From assembly GCA_038523235.1 (NCBI GenBank), contig JBCBJQ010000069.1:1-30565 (forward strand): 30,565 nucleotides of DNA, in the 5' to 3' direction. Source of the DNA: Cyanobacteria bacterium J06626_4. GTDB taxonomy: Bacteria; Cyanobacteriota; Cyanobacteriia; Phormidesmidales; Phormidesmidaceae. Below the pieces are notes generated by a model that was not told the origin of the DNA, ran no database searches, and saw only the letters and a program-made list of their open reading frames with translations. Below are positions 1 to 7,997 of this stretch, piece after piece (positions within the stretch are counted from its first letter, which is position 1; every line of letters starts with the position of its first letter). The translations under genes and the position numbers were made by a program.

Positions 1-60
1 CTACTATTTAGCAAAGCTGCCAGAACTCTCTACAGCTCAGGCGACTCGGCTAAATAGTAG
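1..60. repeat. Perfect 12-bp inverted repeat flanking a 36-bp spacer
   Basis: CTACTATTTAGC (1-12) and GCTAAATAGTAG (49-60). Confidence 0.9.
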
Positions 61-140
61 TACTCTTGTACGACCTCTGTATACTCGATATTGGCAGATT
101 CTAGAAAGGCTGTTAAGTCACGGGATTCTTCTGGTCGCAT
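1..140 (-). CDS. Small partner gene downstream of the ECF-like sigma factor; partial, disrupted by an apparent micro-inversion at the window edge
   Basis: ATG at 140 with AAAGGA upstream. Reads MRPEESRDLTAFLESANIEYTEVVQEYYYLA, then ESPEL* (TAG at 30-32). Re-inverting 13-48 gives an open frame ...EYYYLAKLPELSTAQATRLNS. Confidence 0.55.
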
Positions 141-209
141 AAAAGTCGCACCAATCCTTTTTAGTTAATTGCTTTGCTGTCTGCGATGTTCCTTCCCTGA
201 TCGGGATAG

Positions 210-812
210 TTAGTTATTGACAGATAAAACACCTTTTCTAAGTTTTTCAAGTGCTCTTTTTCCTTGGGTTCTCAATTTGGGAATTAAAGAGTCACTGTAG
301 TGAGATTCTAGTCCCCACTCGACAAACGTGTAGGCCACCTCTTTCCAAGAATAGCCATGGACGATGCGTAAAGTGAGAACTTCCTGGTCTTTTTCTGATA
401 GTGCTTTGAAAGAATTCCATAGAGTATCGATGGTGTCTGGGTTGATGCCGTCTGTATAGGCGTGATCGATTGAAAAAGCACTATCATCCTCTGCCTCTGC
501 CCGAGATAACTTCTGACTGATGCTGTAGTTGCGCTTTCGTTGTTTGCTCTTCTCAAAGATGATGAGCTGAGCAACTCGGGTGAGATAAGCGGGGAATCTT
601 TGAACTTCGTGGCCAGCCAGGACTTTCTGGCGGACTCTTAAATAAGCCTCAATCAGAATTTCACTCTCGTGCCATTCCGGGTAAAGGCCCATTTGATTCA
701 GCGATCGCCGAATGAAAAAAATTAGATTTTTTGAAGTTCCCACCTCCTGAGGTGATAGTGAACGACTGACGACCTCATGTAGCAATTCCAGCTGCTTGTA
801 GATCTTATGCAT
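210..812 (-). CDS. Sigma-70 family, ECF-like RNA polymerase sigma factor (divergent cyanobacterial type)
   Basis: About 200 aa. Region 2-like EILIEAYLR...FPAYLTRVAQLII; region 4-like LSEKDQEVLTLRIVHGYSWKEVA...RALEKLRK. ATG at 812 preferred to GTG at 845. Confidence 0.75.
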   Translation of the reverse strand: MHKIYKQLELLHEVVSRSLSPQEVGTSKNLIFFIRRSLNQMGLYPEWHESEILIEAYLRVRQKVLAGHEVQRFPAYLTRVAQLIIFEKSKQRKRNYSISQKLSRAEAEDDSAFSIDHAYTDGINPDTIDTLWNSFKALSEKDQEVLTLRIVHGYSWKEVAYTFVEWGLESHYSDSLIPKLRTQGKRALEKLRKGVLSVNN

Positions 813-1297
813 AGGGATTTTTATCCTCCTACAGATATGTGTCACCAGCAGTCAGTTGTGTGACATCGCAGTCGTTCGACGTCAAAGTTGACTGGTGTTG
901 TATGAGGACGGGGCGGTCATCTGCCGATGCATAGGGTCTAGAAGGTCTGGAAAGACTTTGGTTTCAGAGATGAAGTCTCAGCCGGACTGAGAATGTTGGC
1001 AACACCCACGGCAAAGCTGTGGACAGTGGGGGATGAGCAGCATCGAGTACTGAGCTCAAATCCGTAACTGTCTTTCGCCTATGCCTTACGTGGCAATAGA
1101 AACAAACATCGTGACAAGGGCTTTACTTTTCTTCAAGAAGTCGGCTTTCTGGCCGTCACGATTCGGCAGTGCTAGCAGTTTAAGGGAGTGGCCAGACGGG
1201 CATTGCTAATAAGTGAGATACATGAATGTCTGACCCCACTGGCAGGATGCGGCTTCCTGTAAGCTACGCATCCCTATATGTACAGTTTGATTCAACT

Positions 1298-2707
1298 CTA
1301 ACGACTCAACCTGGCTTGGTCTTGAATGAACGCTTCAATCTCAGAAAGCAGCCAGACTTTCTCTGGTGTGGAGAGGGTCATGCCAAATTGATGAGCGCCA
1401 TCGGAGAAGGAAATTACTTTGGGGGAACGTTGAAAATTATTCCGTGTCGCCACGAGTTCAGCGCCATAGAGGTCAGTCGTTGCCCCTTGATCGCTGCGTT
1501 TCCAGTCAAAGAATTGACGGGTCAAGGTGAAGCGATCGCCGTCAATCTCTAAGGCTACTCTGCCGGCGAAAGCATACAGCAATGGCCAGATAAAATTCAG
1601 ACTCACGATTAATGATGTGAGGGTAAAGAAAAACGGGGCACCTACGAATAGCATCAAAAAAACAAAGCCGATTCCAAACATGGCATGAAAGATACTGCCA
1701 ACATTCTCTTCATGCAGGCCGACGGGCGGTATACGAATGGACAGATGCCCTGGGCTGCGAGTCAATTCAATACAGGTGCCGGCGGGTCTTTTGAGGGCCG
1801 GTGTTGGTTTGGCAACTGGCCCATCACCCGTGTGTCGGCGGCGAGACCGAGGCTGGGTCAGGGCGGCGATCGCTTCACTGGCTGATGTCAAGCGATCTTC
1901 CATTAATGGCTCTAACAGGTCATCTAGCCAATCAGCAAAGGTGTCAGAGAGGGTGACATGAGAGCGAAAATTAATCCGAAGGCGGGTTTGGGGCAAATTA
2001 CCGGGATCTTGATGGGTGAGTAAGTTAAGTAATGTTGCGCCTAGGCCATATAAATCAGTGGCGGGATAAGCCTGACCCTGAAACTGCTCAGGAGCCATGT
2101 ACCCATAGGTGCCGACGACAGTGCTGCCCATCGTGGTGCTCGCTCGATAAACCATTTGCACCGCGCCAAAATCGACCAGAAAAATGCGTCCATCTTGCCG
2201 TCGAATAAGATTTTGGGGCTTTACATCGCGATGGATAATGGGCGGATTTAACTGATGGATGTATTGCAGTACCTGCAAAACCTCGGTCGCAATCCGTTTC
2301 ACTTCTGCTTCAGAAAATCGCTCTCCTGCTGCGACCAATTCTGCCAGCGAGTGGCCCTCGGCAATTTCTTGAGCAATATAAAATAGCCGGTTGTCTGCCG
2401 TATCGACCTGAAAGTAATCGATATATTGAGGAATCGCCGGATGATCGAGACTCTTTAAGACCAGTGCTTCACGCTCAAACAGTTCTAGCTTCTTCCAATC
2501 GCTCAACCCTTTGAGTGATAGCTCTTTGAGCGCGACTGAGCGCCCGGTGACGGCATCCTCAGCGCGGTAAGTAAGACCGCTACCGCCCTGACCCAGCACA
2601 TCCAAAATTGTGTATCGATCTTGAATCAACGCCCCTTGGGGCTGGGCCTCATGCATTACTCTAGTGAACTCATGAAGAGCAGTAAGTAGCGTTAGTTGGC
2701 GGGCCAC
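1298..2707 (-). CDS. Hanks-type Ser/Thr protein kinase with C-terminal transmembrane segment(s)
   Basis: LGQGGSGLTY P-loop, VALKEL, HRDVKPQN, DFG, GTYGYMAPE, DLYGLG; hydrophobic stretch in the C-terminal third. Alternative ATG start at 2656. Confidence 0.95.
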   Translation of the reverse strand: MARQLTLLTALHEFTRVMHEAQPQGALIQDRYTILDVLGQGGSGLTYRAEDAVTGRSVALKELSLKGLSDWKKLELFEREALVLKSLDHPAIPQYIDYFQVDTADNRLFYIAQEIAEGHSLAELVAAGERFSEAEVKRIATEVLQVLQYIHQLNPPIIHRDVKPQNLIRRQDGRIFLVDFGAVQMVYRASTTMGSTVVGTYGYMAPEQFQGQAYPATDLYGLGATLLNLLTHQDPGNLPQTRLRINFRSHVTLSDTFADWLDDLLEPLMEDRLTSASEAIAALTQPRSRRRHTGDGPVAKPTPALKRPAGTCIELTRSPGHLSIRIPPVGLHEENVGSIFHAMFGIGFVFLMLFVGAPFFFTLTSLIVSLNFIWPLLYAFAGRVALEIDGDRFTLTRQFFDWKRSDQGATTDLYGAELVATRNNFQRSPKVISFSDGAHQFGMTLSTPEKVWLLSEIEAFIQDQARLSR

Positions 2708-2827
2708 ACCTGACCCTAATGTAACTACTCAAAATGCTATCGAGGGGGCAACTGGCAGCCGTGTCTCTTTGCGGTCCACGTCATGACATCTTTCGGCCAA
2801 TGCGACTGGTGCACCGTCGTGTTAGCA

Positions 2828-3037
2828 CGATGTTGATGTCAAAGTATCTGTTTAGCGTGATCTTTAGGATCCCCTGCTGTCGCCGCCCCCTTGAAAAAGG
2901 GGCTATGTCAGATTTCCCGCTGTGCAAGGGTTTCCCCTTTTTCTACGCGCAGCCATGCCCGCAGGGCTTTAGGGGGATTGAGGGGGATCGGCAGTAGCTG
3001 GACGCTAAACATGAACATGCCAAAGGCATCAACATCG
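2828..3037. repeat. Nested inverted-repeat element (MITE/REP-like)
   Basis: CGATGTTGATG (2828-2838)/CATCAACATCG (3027-3037); TGTTTAGCGT (2849-2858)/ACGCTAAACA (3002-3011); GATCCCC (2868-2874)/GGGGATC (2983-2989); internal hairpin CCCCTT-GAAA-AAGGGG (2887-2902). Confidence 0.65.
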
Positions 3038-3334
3038 GCCGACTAAACGGGATGGCCAATGCACGTTCGGGAGCGCTGCCCCAAAATCCATGGGATGAAA
3101 CGGCGATCTCCAGAGCGAGGCGATCACAGCGGCGATCTCTCGACCGATAGTGCCACTTCGCCGCATCGATATCCCTGTGGTCGCAATTTCTGGGTAATGC
3201 TGCGCCAGCTTTTCAACCAGTCGTCAGCCGGTTATTCCGAGGCTGCTGATTTTGGATATAAAGCTGATTTTGGATATGAATTGGATGACTGATAGGAAGA
3301 ACGACACGGGTTGACTCACCATTGATAGCGAAGA

Positions 3335-3351
3335 GCGGGCATCTTGCCCGC
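3335..3351. repeat. Short palindrome GCGGGCA-TCT-TGCCCGC downstream of the DUF3493 gene (REP-like or transcript-end hairpin)
   Basis: Perfect 7-bp stem with a 3-nt loop, about 40 bp past the stop codon. Confidence 0.45.
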
Positions 3352-3390
3352 GATCTAAAATACCGGATTTATACTTCGATTCAGCAATGC

Positions 3391-3660
3391 CTATTCCGAA
3401 GGTTTGCGACTTTCGAGGCGAAATAAGAAGACCATCAGGGCGACCACACCGATTTGCAAAGCGAGGTTAGGCAGTGCCGTTCCCACATCGCGCCCGGCCA
3501 GCACTTGGGTCAAGAAGATGAACCCGCCGATCGCCCCGGAGGCGGCAAAGGTGCCATAGACAAACTTCCGCAATCCTTTATAGGGAGCCTTGGCCTCAGC
3601 CATGAGTCGTTGGTATCGTTCTGGACTCATCCCTTTGGGAATGCGATCGCGATCGGCCAT
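3391..3660 (-). CDS. DUF3493-family small membrane protein
   Basis: RLMAEAKAPYKGLRKFVYGTFAASGAIGGFIF...ALPNLALQIGVVALM; two TM helices, matching the cyanobacterial DUF3493 pattern as I recall it. Confidence 0.8.
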   Translation of the reverse strand: MADRDRIPKGMSPERYQRLMAEAKAPYKGLRKFVYGTFAASGAIGGFIFLTQVLAGRDVGTALPNLALQIGVVALMVFLFRLESRKPSE

Positions 3661-3774
3661 GATGTTCGTCTCAGTACAAGAGGTCAGTCAGTACACAGGG
3701 GCGGGGTAAACCTTGAGCCCCGCTGGCTTACTGCCTACTGACACCATACCGAACAATGGCTAGTCGCTGGTTGG

Positions 3775-4311
3775 CTATTGCATTTCTGCTTTTTGCACAT
3801 AGCCATCTTGAGGGCCCAACAGCAGCTTGAGTGGCCGCTCCGATTCTGCCGCTTTGACGGCGGTGCGATAGACCGAGTCGTCCGCCGGTAAGGTTACTGT
3901 GGCGCCCCCTTGTTCAAAGGTCAGCGTGAAGTCAATAGATTTGTTAATGAGGGGTTCTGAGAACACCTCGCCATCTTGTTGGCGGGCTTCTAGCTCTTCG
4001 ACGGTGGGCTTGGGCGGAATCGCGGGCCACCAGATGCCATCTTTGTCGCGCTCGCCGGTGGGATCAACCGTGGGCTGGCCGTTCATGTTGACGAGAGAAT
4101 TGGTCTCAAAGGTTTCGATGCGCCCTTCGCGAGGGCGATCAGGGGAAACGCCGCGTGGTGTGTACTCGGCTCGCCAGGTATAGGTGGTCACGGCCATCGC
4201 TTCGTAGTCCTGCGTGATGACCTCTGCGCAGCTAGCGATCGCCAGCCCGACCCCGAGGCTAGCAATCAGACTCAAGAGGCGAGCGGGACGGGCGGTCAGC
4301 GATGAAATCAT
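3775..4311 (-). CDS. Hypothetical lipoprotein
   Basis: Basic N-terminus, hydrophobic stretch and lipobox LAIASC (Cys28); 24 bp downstream of the MFS gene on the same strand. Confidence 0.75.
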   Translation of the reverse strand: MISSLTARPARLLSLIASLGVGLAIASCAEVITQDYEAMAVTTYTWRAEYTPRGVSPDRPREGRIETFETNSLVNMNGQPTVDPTGERDKDGIWWPAIPPKPTVEELEARQQDGEVFSEPLINKSIDFTLTFEQGGATVTLPADDSVYRTAVKAAESERPLKLLLGPQDGYVQKAEMQ

Positions 4312-4335
4312 AGTGGCGACAGGAATTTAAGGACG

Positions 4336-5595
4336 TTATCGAGTGGCGACTTGACGGTCGAGGTAGGCGAGGATAGCCAACACTGGCACAATACTAGCGG
4401 CTGCCAGGAGCCAAAAGCTATGAGCCATTTGGGGGGATTGATCGAGGGCCCATCCCCCTAGCGGGGGAGCCACAAAGTAGCCCAGCGCCCAACACATCGA
4501 GTTGATAGACAGATAGACGCCGCGCAGCGTCTCGGGTGCCAGCATGGCGACAAAAGAGGAGGCAATCGGTGTGTAAGCGGTGGTGGCGATCGCCATGACG
4601 GCGAGGGCGAGTGCCGCTCCAACGTTGGTATGACTCAATAGGCCGGTGCCCGTCGCCCACACCAGCGCGAACCCGGCTCCCCAGAGTACTGTTGAAATCA
4701 TTAAGGCCCGCGGCTGTGCCAGTGGTTTCAACAGCCGTGCGATCGGCAGCTGACAGAGCGCCGTGAGAATCACATGGCCAGTGAACAAAACGCTGAGCGT
4801 CGCCTCGGAAAAGCCTGCGGCCTCGCCCGTGGGCACAAACTGGTTGAGATAAACCGGCAGCGTACTCTGGATCTGGGCGATGTAGCCGGTGAGCAGAATG
4901 TTGACTGCAACATATACCCATAAAATTGAGTCTTTGAGGGCAACGGTCCAGCCTTGCCAAAACGAGCGGTCGCCCGGTTGCTCAGGCCGCGTTTCGGCGA
5001 TCGCCCAATAGACCAAGCCAAAAAACAGCAGAAACGACACCCCATCCACGGCAAACAGGAGCCGATAGCGCTGGGTTGTGGAAATCAGCACGCCACCGAG
5101 AATGACGCCGAGTCCCAGTCCTACACTGTCGGCCAGCCGCACGAGAGCAAAGGCTTCGTTGCGCTCCGTTGTGGGGGTGATATCCGCTACGACGGCTTCT
5201 GTGGAGGGCCAATACAGCCCCACCCCTAGCCCCATTAGCAGATTGCCCGCGATAAAAACCGGAAAGCCGTTCGACAGCAAAAAGACCCCGTCGGCCAAGG
5301 CCGAGATCAGCGCCGACAGCAGCAGAGTTTGCCGTCTGCCCCATCGTCGCGAATCGGTCATAGAGCCGCCGACAAACCGACCCACTAGTCCTGATAGCGC
5401 CTGACTGCCGATTCCCAGCCCCACCTGCGTTGCGGATAGCCCCACCTGATTGACAAAAAAGATCGGCGCATAAAACAGCACAAAGCCAATGCCAATCTGC
5501 GAGAGCAGACGACCCGCTGCCAAAAGCCAGACACGGCGATCGAGCTGCGGAAACCAGCGCTGAAATTGTTTGTGCACGATGCTGTTGCCTGCCAA
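4336..5595 (-). CDS. MFS transporter
   Basis: About 12 hydrophobic segments; motif A-like GGSMTDSRRWGRRQTL; VVADIT...ERNEAFA; APETLRGVY. Confidence 0.93.
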   Translation of the reverse strand: MAGNSIVHKQFQRWFPQLDRRVWLLAAGRLLSQIGIGFVLFYAPIFFVNQVGLSATQVGLGIGSQALSGLVGRFVGGSMTDSRRWGRRQTLLLSALISALADGVFLLSNGFPVFIAGNLLMGLGVGLYWPSTEAVVADITPTTERNEAFALVRLADSVGLGLGVILGGVLISTTQRYRLLFAVDGVSFLLFFGLVYWAIAETRPEQPGDRSFWQGWTVALKDSILWVYVAVNILLTGYIAQIQSTLPVYLNQFVPTGEAAGFSEATLSVLFTGHVILTALCQLPIARLLKPLAQPRALMISTVLWGAGFALVWATGTGLLSHTNVGAALALAVMAIATTAYTPIASSFVAMLAPETLRGVYLSINSMCWALGYFVAPPLGGWALDQSPQMAHSFWLLAAASIVPVLAILAYLDRQVATR

Positions 5596-5691
5596 TAGGG
5601 AGTCTTCTTGTCAGTGTATCGAGGTGCCCCCTTGCGGTTCGCTAAAACCCCTGGCAAGCTGATAGCCATTGCCTTGGTGACAGGAGAGCGC

Positions 5692-7143
5692 GTGGCCTCA
5701 GATGCATTTCGCCGGGAGCTGCAGCAAGAAGCACAGCGCTGGCGCTCCACCGGACTCATTTCGGAAGAGCAGTTTCAGCAGTTGTCACAGCAGTATGAGT
5801 TTGTCACTCTCGAGACGGCGGCGCGCGATCGCTTCGTCATGATTTTGCTGGGGTTGGGCAGCATTTTGGTGGGCATTGGCGCGATGACCTTCGTCGCTGC
5901 CAACTGGCAAGCGCTGCCGCAAACCTTGAAGGCGGGCCTGCTGTTTACGGCGATGCTGATTTGCAATGGCAGCGGCTTTACCTTGATCAATCGTATTGCC
6001 CCGAATGATCGTTGGCGGCGGTTAGGACAAGCCCTATTGCTGCTGGGGGCGCTGCTGCTGGGCGCTAACCTGGCTCTGATGGGGCAAATTGTGCACACAA
6101 GCAGCACCCGCTATGAGCTGTGTGCTGCTTGGTCGATTGGGGTGCTGGCGATGGCCTATGGTGTGCGGCTGCCGTTTTTGGGCCTGTTGGCGCTGCTCAT
6201 TTTGGGCATTGGCTACTGGAGTGCCCTGTGGGATCTGCTCTGGCTACAAAGCTCTATCTTTGGCGTGTGGACGCTGCAGATGATGCCGCTGCTAGCAGCG
6301 ATCGCCTTCCTGCCGCTCTGCTATCGCTGTCAGTCGCCACTGCTGTTTGCCCTTAGCGCCATAGCCGTTACATCTTCGCTAATGGTGCTGATCTTTGATG
6401 TGGGGCGATCGCTACCGGCTCTGTTCGATGCCCTGCTGCTAGTCATGCCCTTTGCCTTGCTGTGGGCCTACGACGACAGGCTGTGGGCGCGGCTGAGGCA
6501 GTTGACTCAAGGGCGATCACGGTCCCCGGTCTCTAGCCCTGACAGTGATGATGAGGCCGCGATCGAGCAATCTTTTCAGCCCGTGGCGCGGGGGCTGATG
6601 CTGTTTAGCCTGAGCCTGCTGTACTGGCTGCTGTCGTTTCAAGATGTCTGGTTTACGTCTGCCAGCCGCAGTTTGCTTAACCCACCGCTAGTGTGGCGCA
6701 ACACGAGCCTGGTGGTGCTGACGCTGTTGGTGTTTGCCGGGTGGACAATTGGGGCTTGGGTTTATTTGGGTTGGCGGCCGCAGCGATCCTGGCGACTTGA
6801 TGCCCTCAGCGCCGTCATCTTAGGATTTTTGGGGGTGACCGCCACCCTCTTTTTTTGGACGTTCAACGCGGGGCCGATTCCGATTTTGGCGACGACCGTG
6901 ATGAATATTCTACTGACGGTGTTGGCCCTCGGTATGATGCGAGAAGGTCTGGGCTCGGGTACGCGATCGCCCTTTTGGTGGGGCTTGGTGATGCTGACCT
7001 TACAAATTTTGAGCCGCGTTTTGGAATACGAGACGGGCCTGTTGGTGAAGTCGCTCGTGTTTGTCGTCTGCGGCTTAGGGGTGATTTTGATTGGCCTGTG
7101 GTTTGAACGGTACGTGCGCACGTTGAGGATCGATTCGGTATGA
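5692..7143 (+). CDS. DUF2157-domain membrane protein
   Basis: W-x-x-x-GLIS-E-EQ, FVAANWQAL, GANLALMGQ motifs; many TM helices. GTG at 5692 follows AGGAG, so it is preferred to TTG at 5608. Confidence 0.85.
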   Translation: MASDAFRRELQQEAQRWRSTGLISEEQFQQLSQQYEFVTLETAARDRFVMILLGLGSILVGIGAMTFVAANWQALPQTLKAGLLFTAMLICNGSGFTLINRIAPNDRWRRLGQALLLLGALLLGANLALMGQIVHTSSTRYELCAAWSIGVLAMAYGVRLPFLGLLALLILGIGYWSALWDLLWLQSSIFGVWTLQMMPLLAAIAFLPLCYRCQSPLLFALSAIAVTSSLMVLIFDVGRSLPALFDALLLVMPFALLWAYDDRLWARLRQLTQGRSRSPVSSPDSDDEAAIEQSFQPVARGLMLFSLSLLYWLLSFQDVWFTSASRSLLNPPLVWRNTSLVVLTLLVFAGWTIGAWVYLGWRPQRSWRLDALSAVILGFLGVTATLFFWTFNAGPIPILATTVMNILLTVLALGMMREGLGSGTRSPFWWGLVMLTLQILSRVLEYETGLLVKSLVFVVCGLGVILIGLWFERYVRTLRIDSV

Positions 7144-7787
7144 CTTCGCCGCGTTCTGGCTCGAAGTGGCAGCAGCGCAGTCTTTGGGCAATCGCCCTGC
7201 CTCTGCTGGTGCAAACGCTCTTGATTGTCGCTGTGCCGCTGCAATCGGCGATCGCCACTGCCTTTGGCACGACCGTCATTCTGCGGACGGTACCGGTGGA
7301 TCCTTATGATCCCTTTCGGGGTTACTACACGACGCTGCAGTACGACATTTCTCAACGGGGGGTTTTGAGCACGCTTGCCGGTTGGGATGAGATTCGGCCG
7401 AGTTTAGCCCCCTCTGCAGCAGGCAAATTGCTGCGGCCCGGACAAACGTTTTTTGTGGTGTTGGTGAATCCTGACAATACTGAAGCCGGGGCGACTGCAC
7501 TGAGTGGCGGTTCCCCTTGGCAGCCGATCGCCGTGGCTCGGCGCCGACCGACCAACCTGCCTGCCGACCAAATCGCCCTGCAGGGCACCTATCGCCGCGA
7601 TCGTATTGTTTATGGTCTCGAACGTTATTATCTGCCAGAGGCCGAACGTCTCGACCTCGAACGTCGCATTCGTGAGGCTCAGACCGGTGCCGAACAGCCG
7701 CGCTTTCGGGTCGAAGTTCGCATTGGCCCGTTGGGTAAAGCGGTGCCGATCGCCCTCTGGCTGCAGGATGAGCGCATTGAGTTTTAG
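7140..7787 (+). CDS. GDYXXLXY-domain protein
   Basis: N-terminal TM; PVDPYDPFRGYYTTLQY; YGLERYYLPE. ATGA overlap with the DUF2157 stop. Confidence 0.88.
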   Translation: MTSPRSGSKWQQRSLWAIALPLLVQTLLIVAVPLQSAIATAFGTTVILRTVPVDPYDPFRGYYTTLQYDISQRGVLSTLAGWDEIRPSLAPSAAGKLLRPGQTFFVVLVNPDNTEAGATALSGGSPWQPIAVARRRPTNLPADQIALQGTYRRDRIVYGLERYYLPEAERLDLERRIREAQTGAEQPRFRVEVRIGPLGKAVPIALWLQDERIEF

Positions 7788-7846
7788 GTCATGCCCTGAC
7801 TAACGGCGGCTCAACAGAGAGTATCCCGCTCGCCTTAACTTGCTTG

Positions 7847-7875
7847 CACGTGGATAGGACGGGGCTATCCACGTG
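7847..7875. terminator. 11-bp perfect hairpin after the GDYXXLXY gene (terminator or stabilizer candidate)
   Basis: CACGTGGATAG-N7-CTATCCACGTG; no U-tract follows. Confidence 0.45.
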
Positions 7876-7997
7876 ACATAGATCGTGTCCATAATCATTC
7901 CTGCGGGTGGAAAAGAACTCAGTCGTCAAACGCAGCCGCCATAATAGGAAAAGTGTTTGCCGGTTGCCCGCCGGGTTCTTTTCACCGGAGTTGTTCT

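Noticed and set aside
846..1297. Riboswitch upstream of the ECF-like sigma factor
   Set aside because: No recognizable aptamer consensus; only a short ATCGTGAC/GTCACGAT inverted pair and a 10-bp ATGCATAGGG repeat.
2734..3292. ORFs 2734-2997 and 3059-3292
   Set aside because: They run through repeat DNA and have no recognizable motifs.
4418..7588. Overlapping and antisense ORFs over the MFS, DUF2157 and GDYXXLXY genes
   Set aside because: Shadow frames of well-supported GC-rich genes; the same applies to similar short ORFs across the window.
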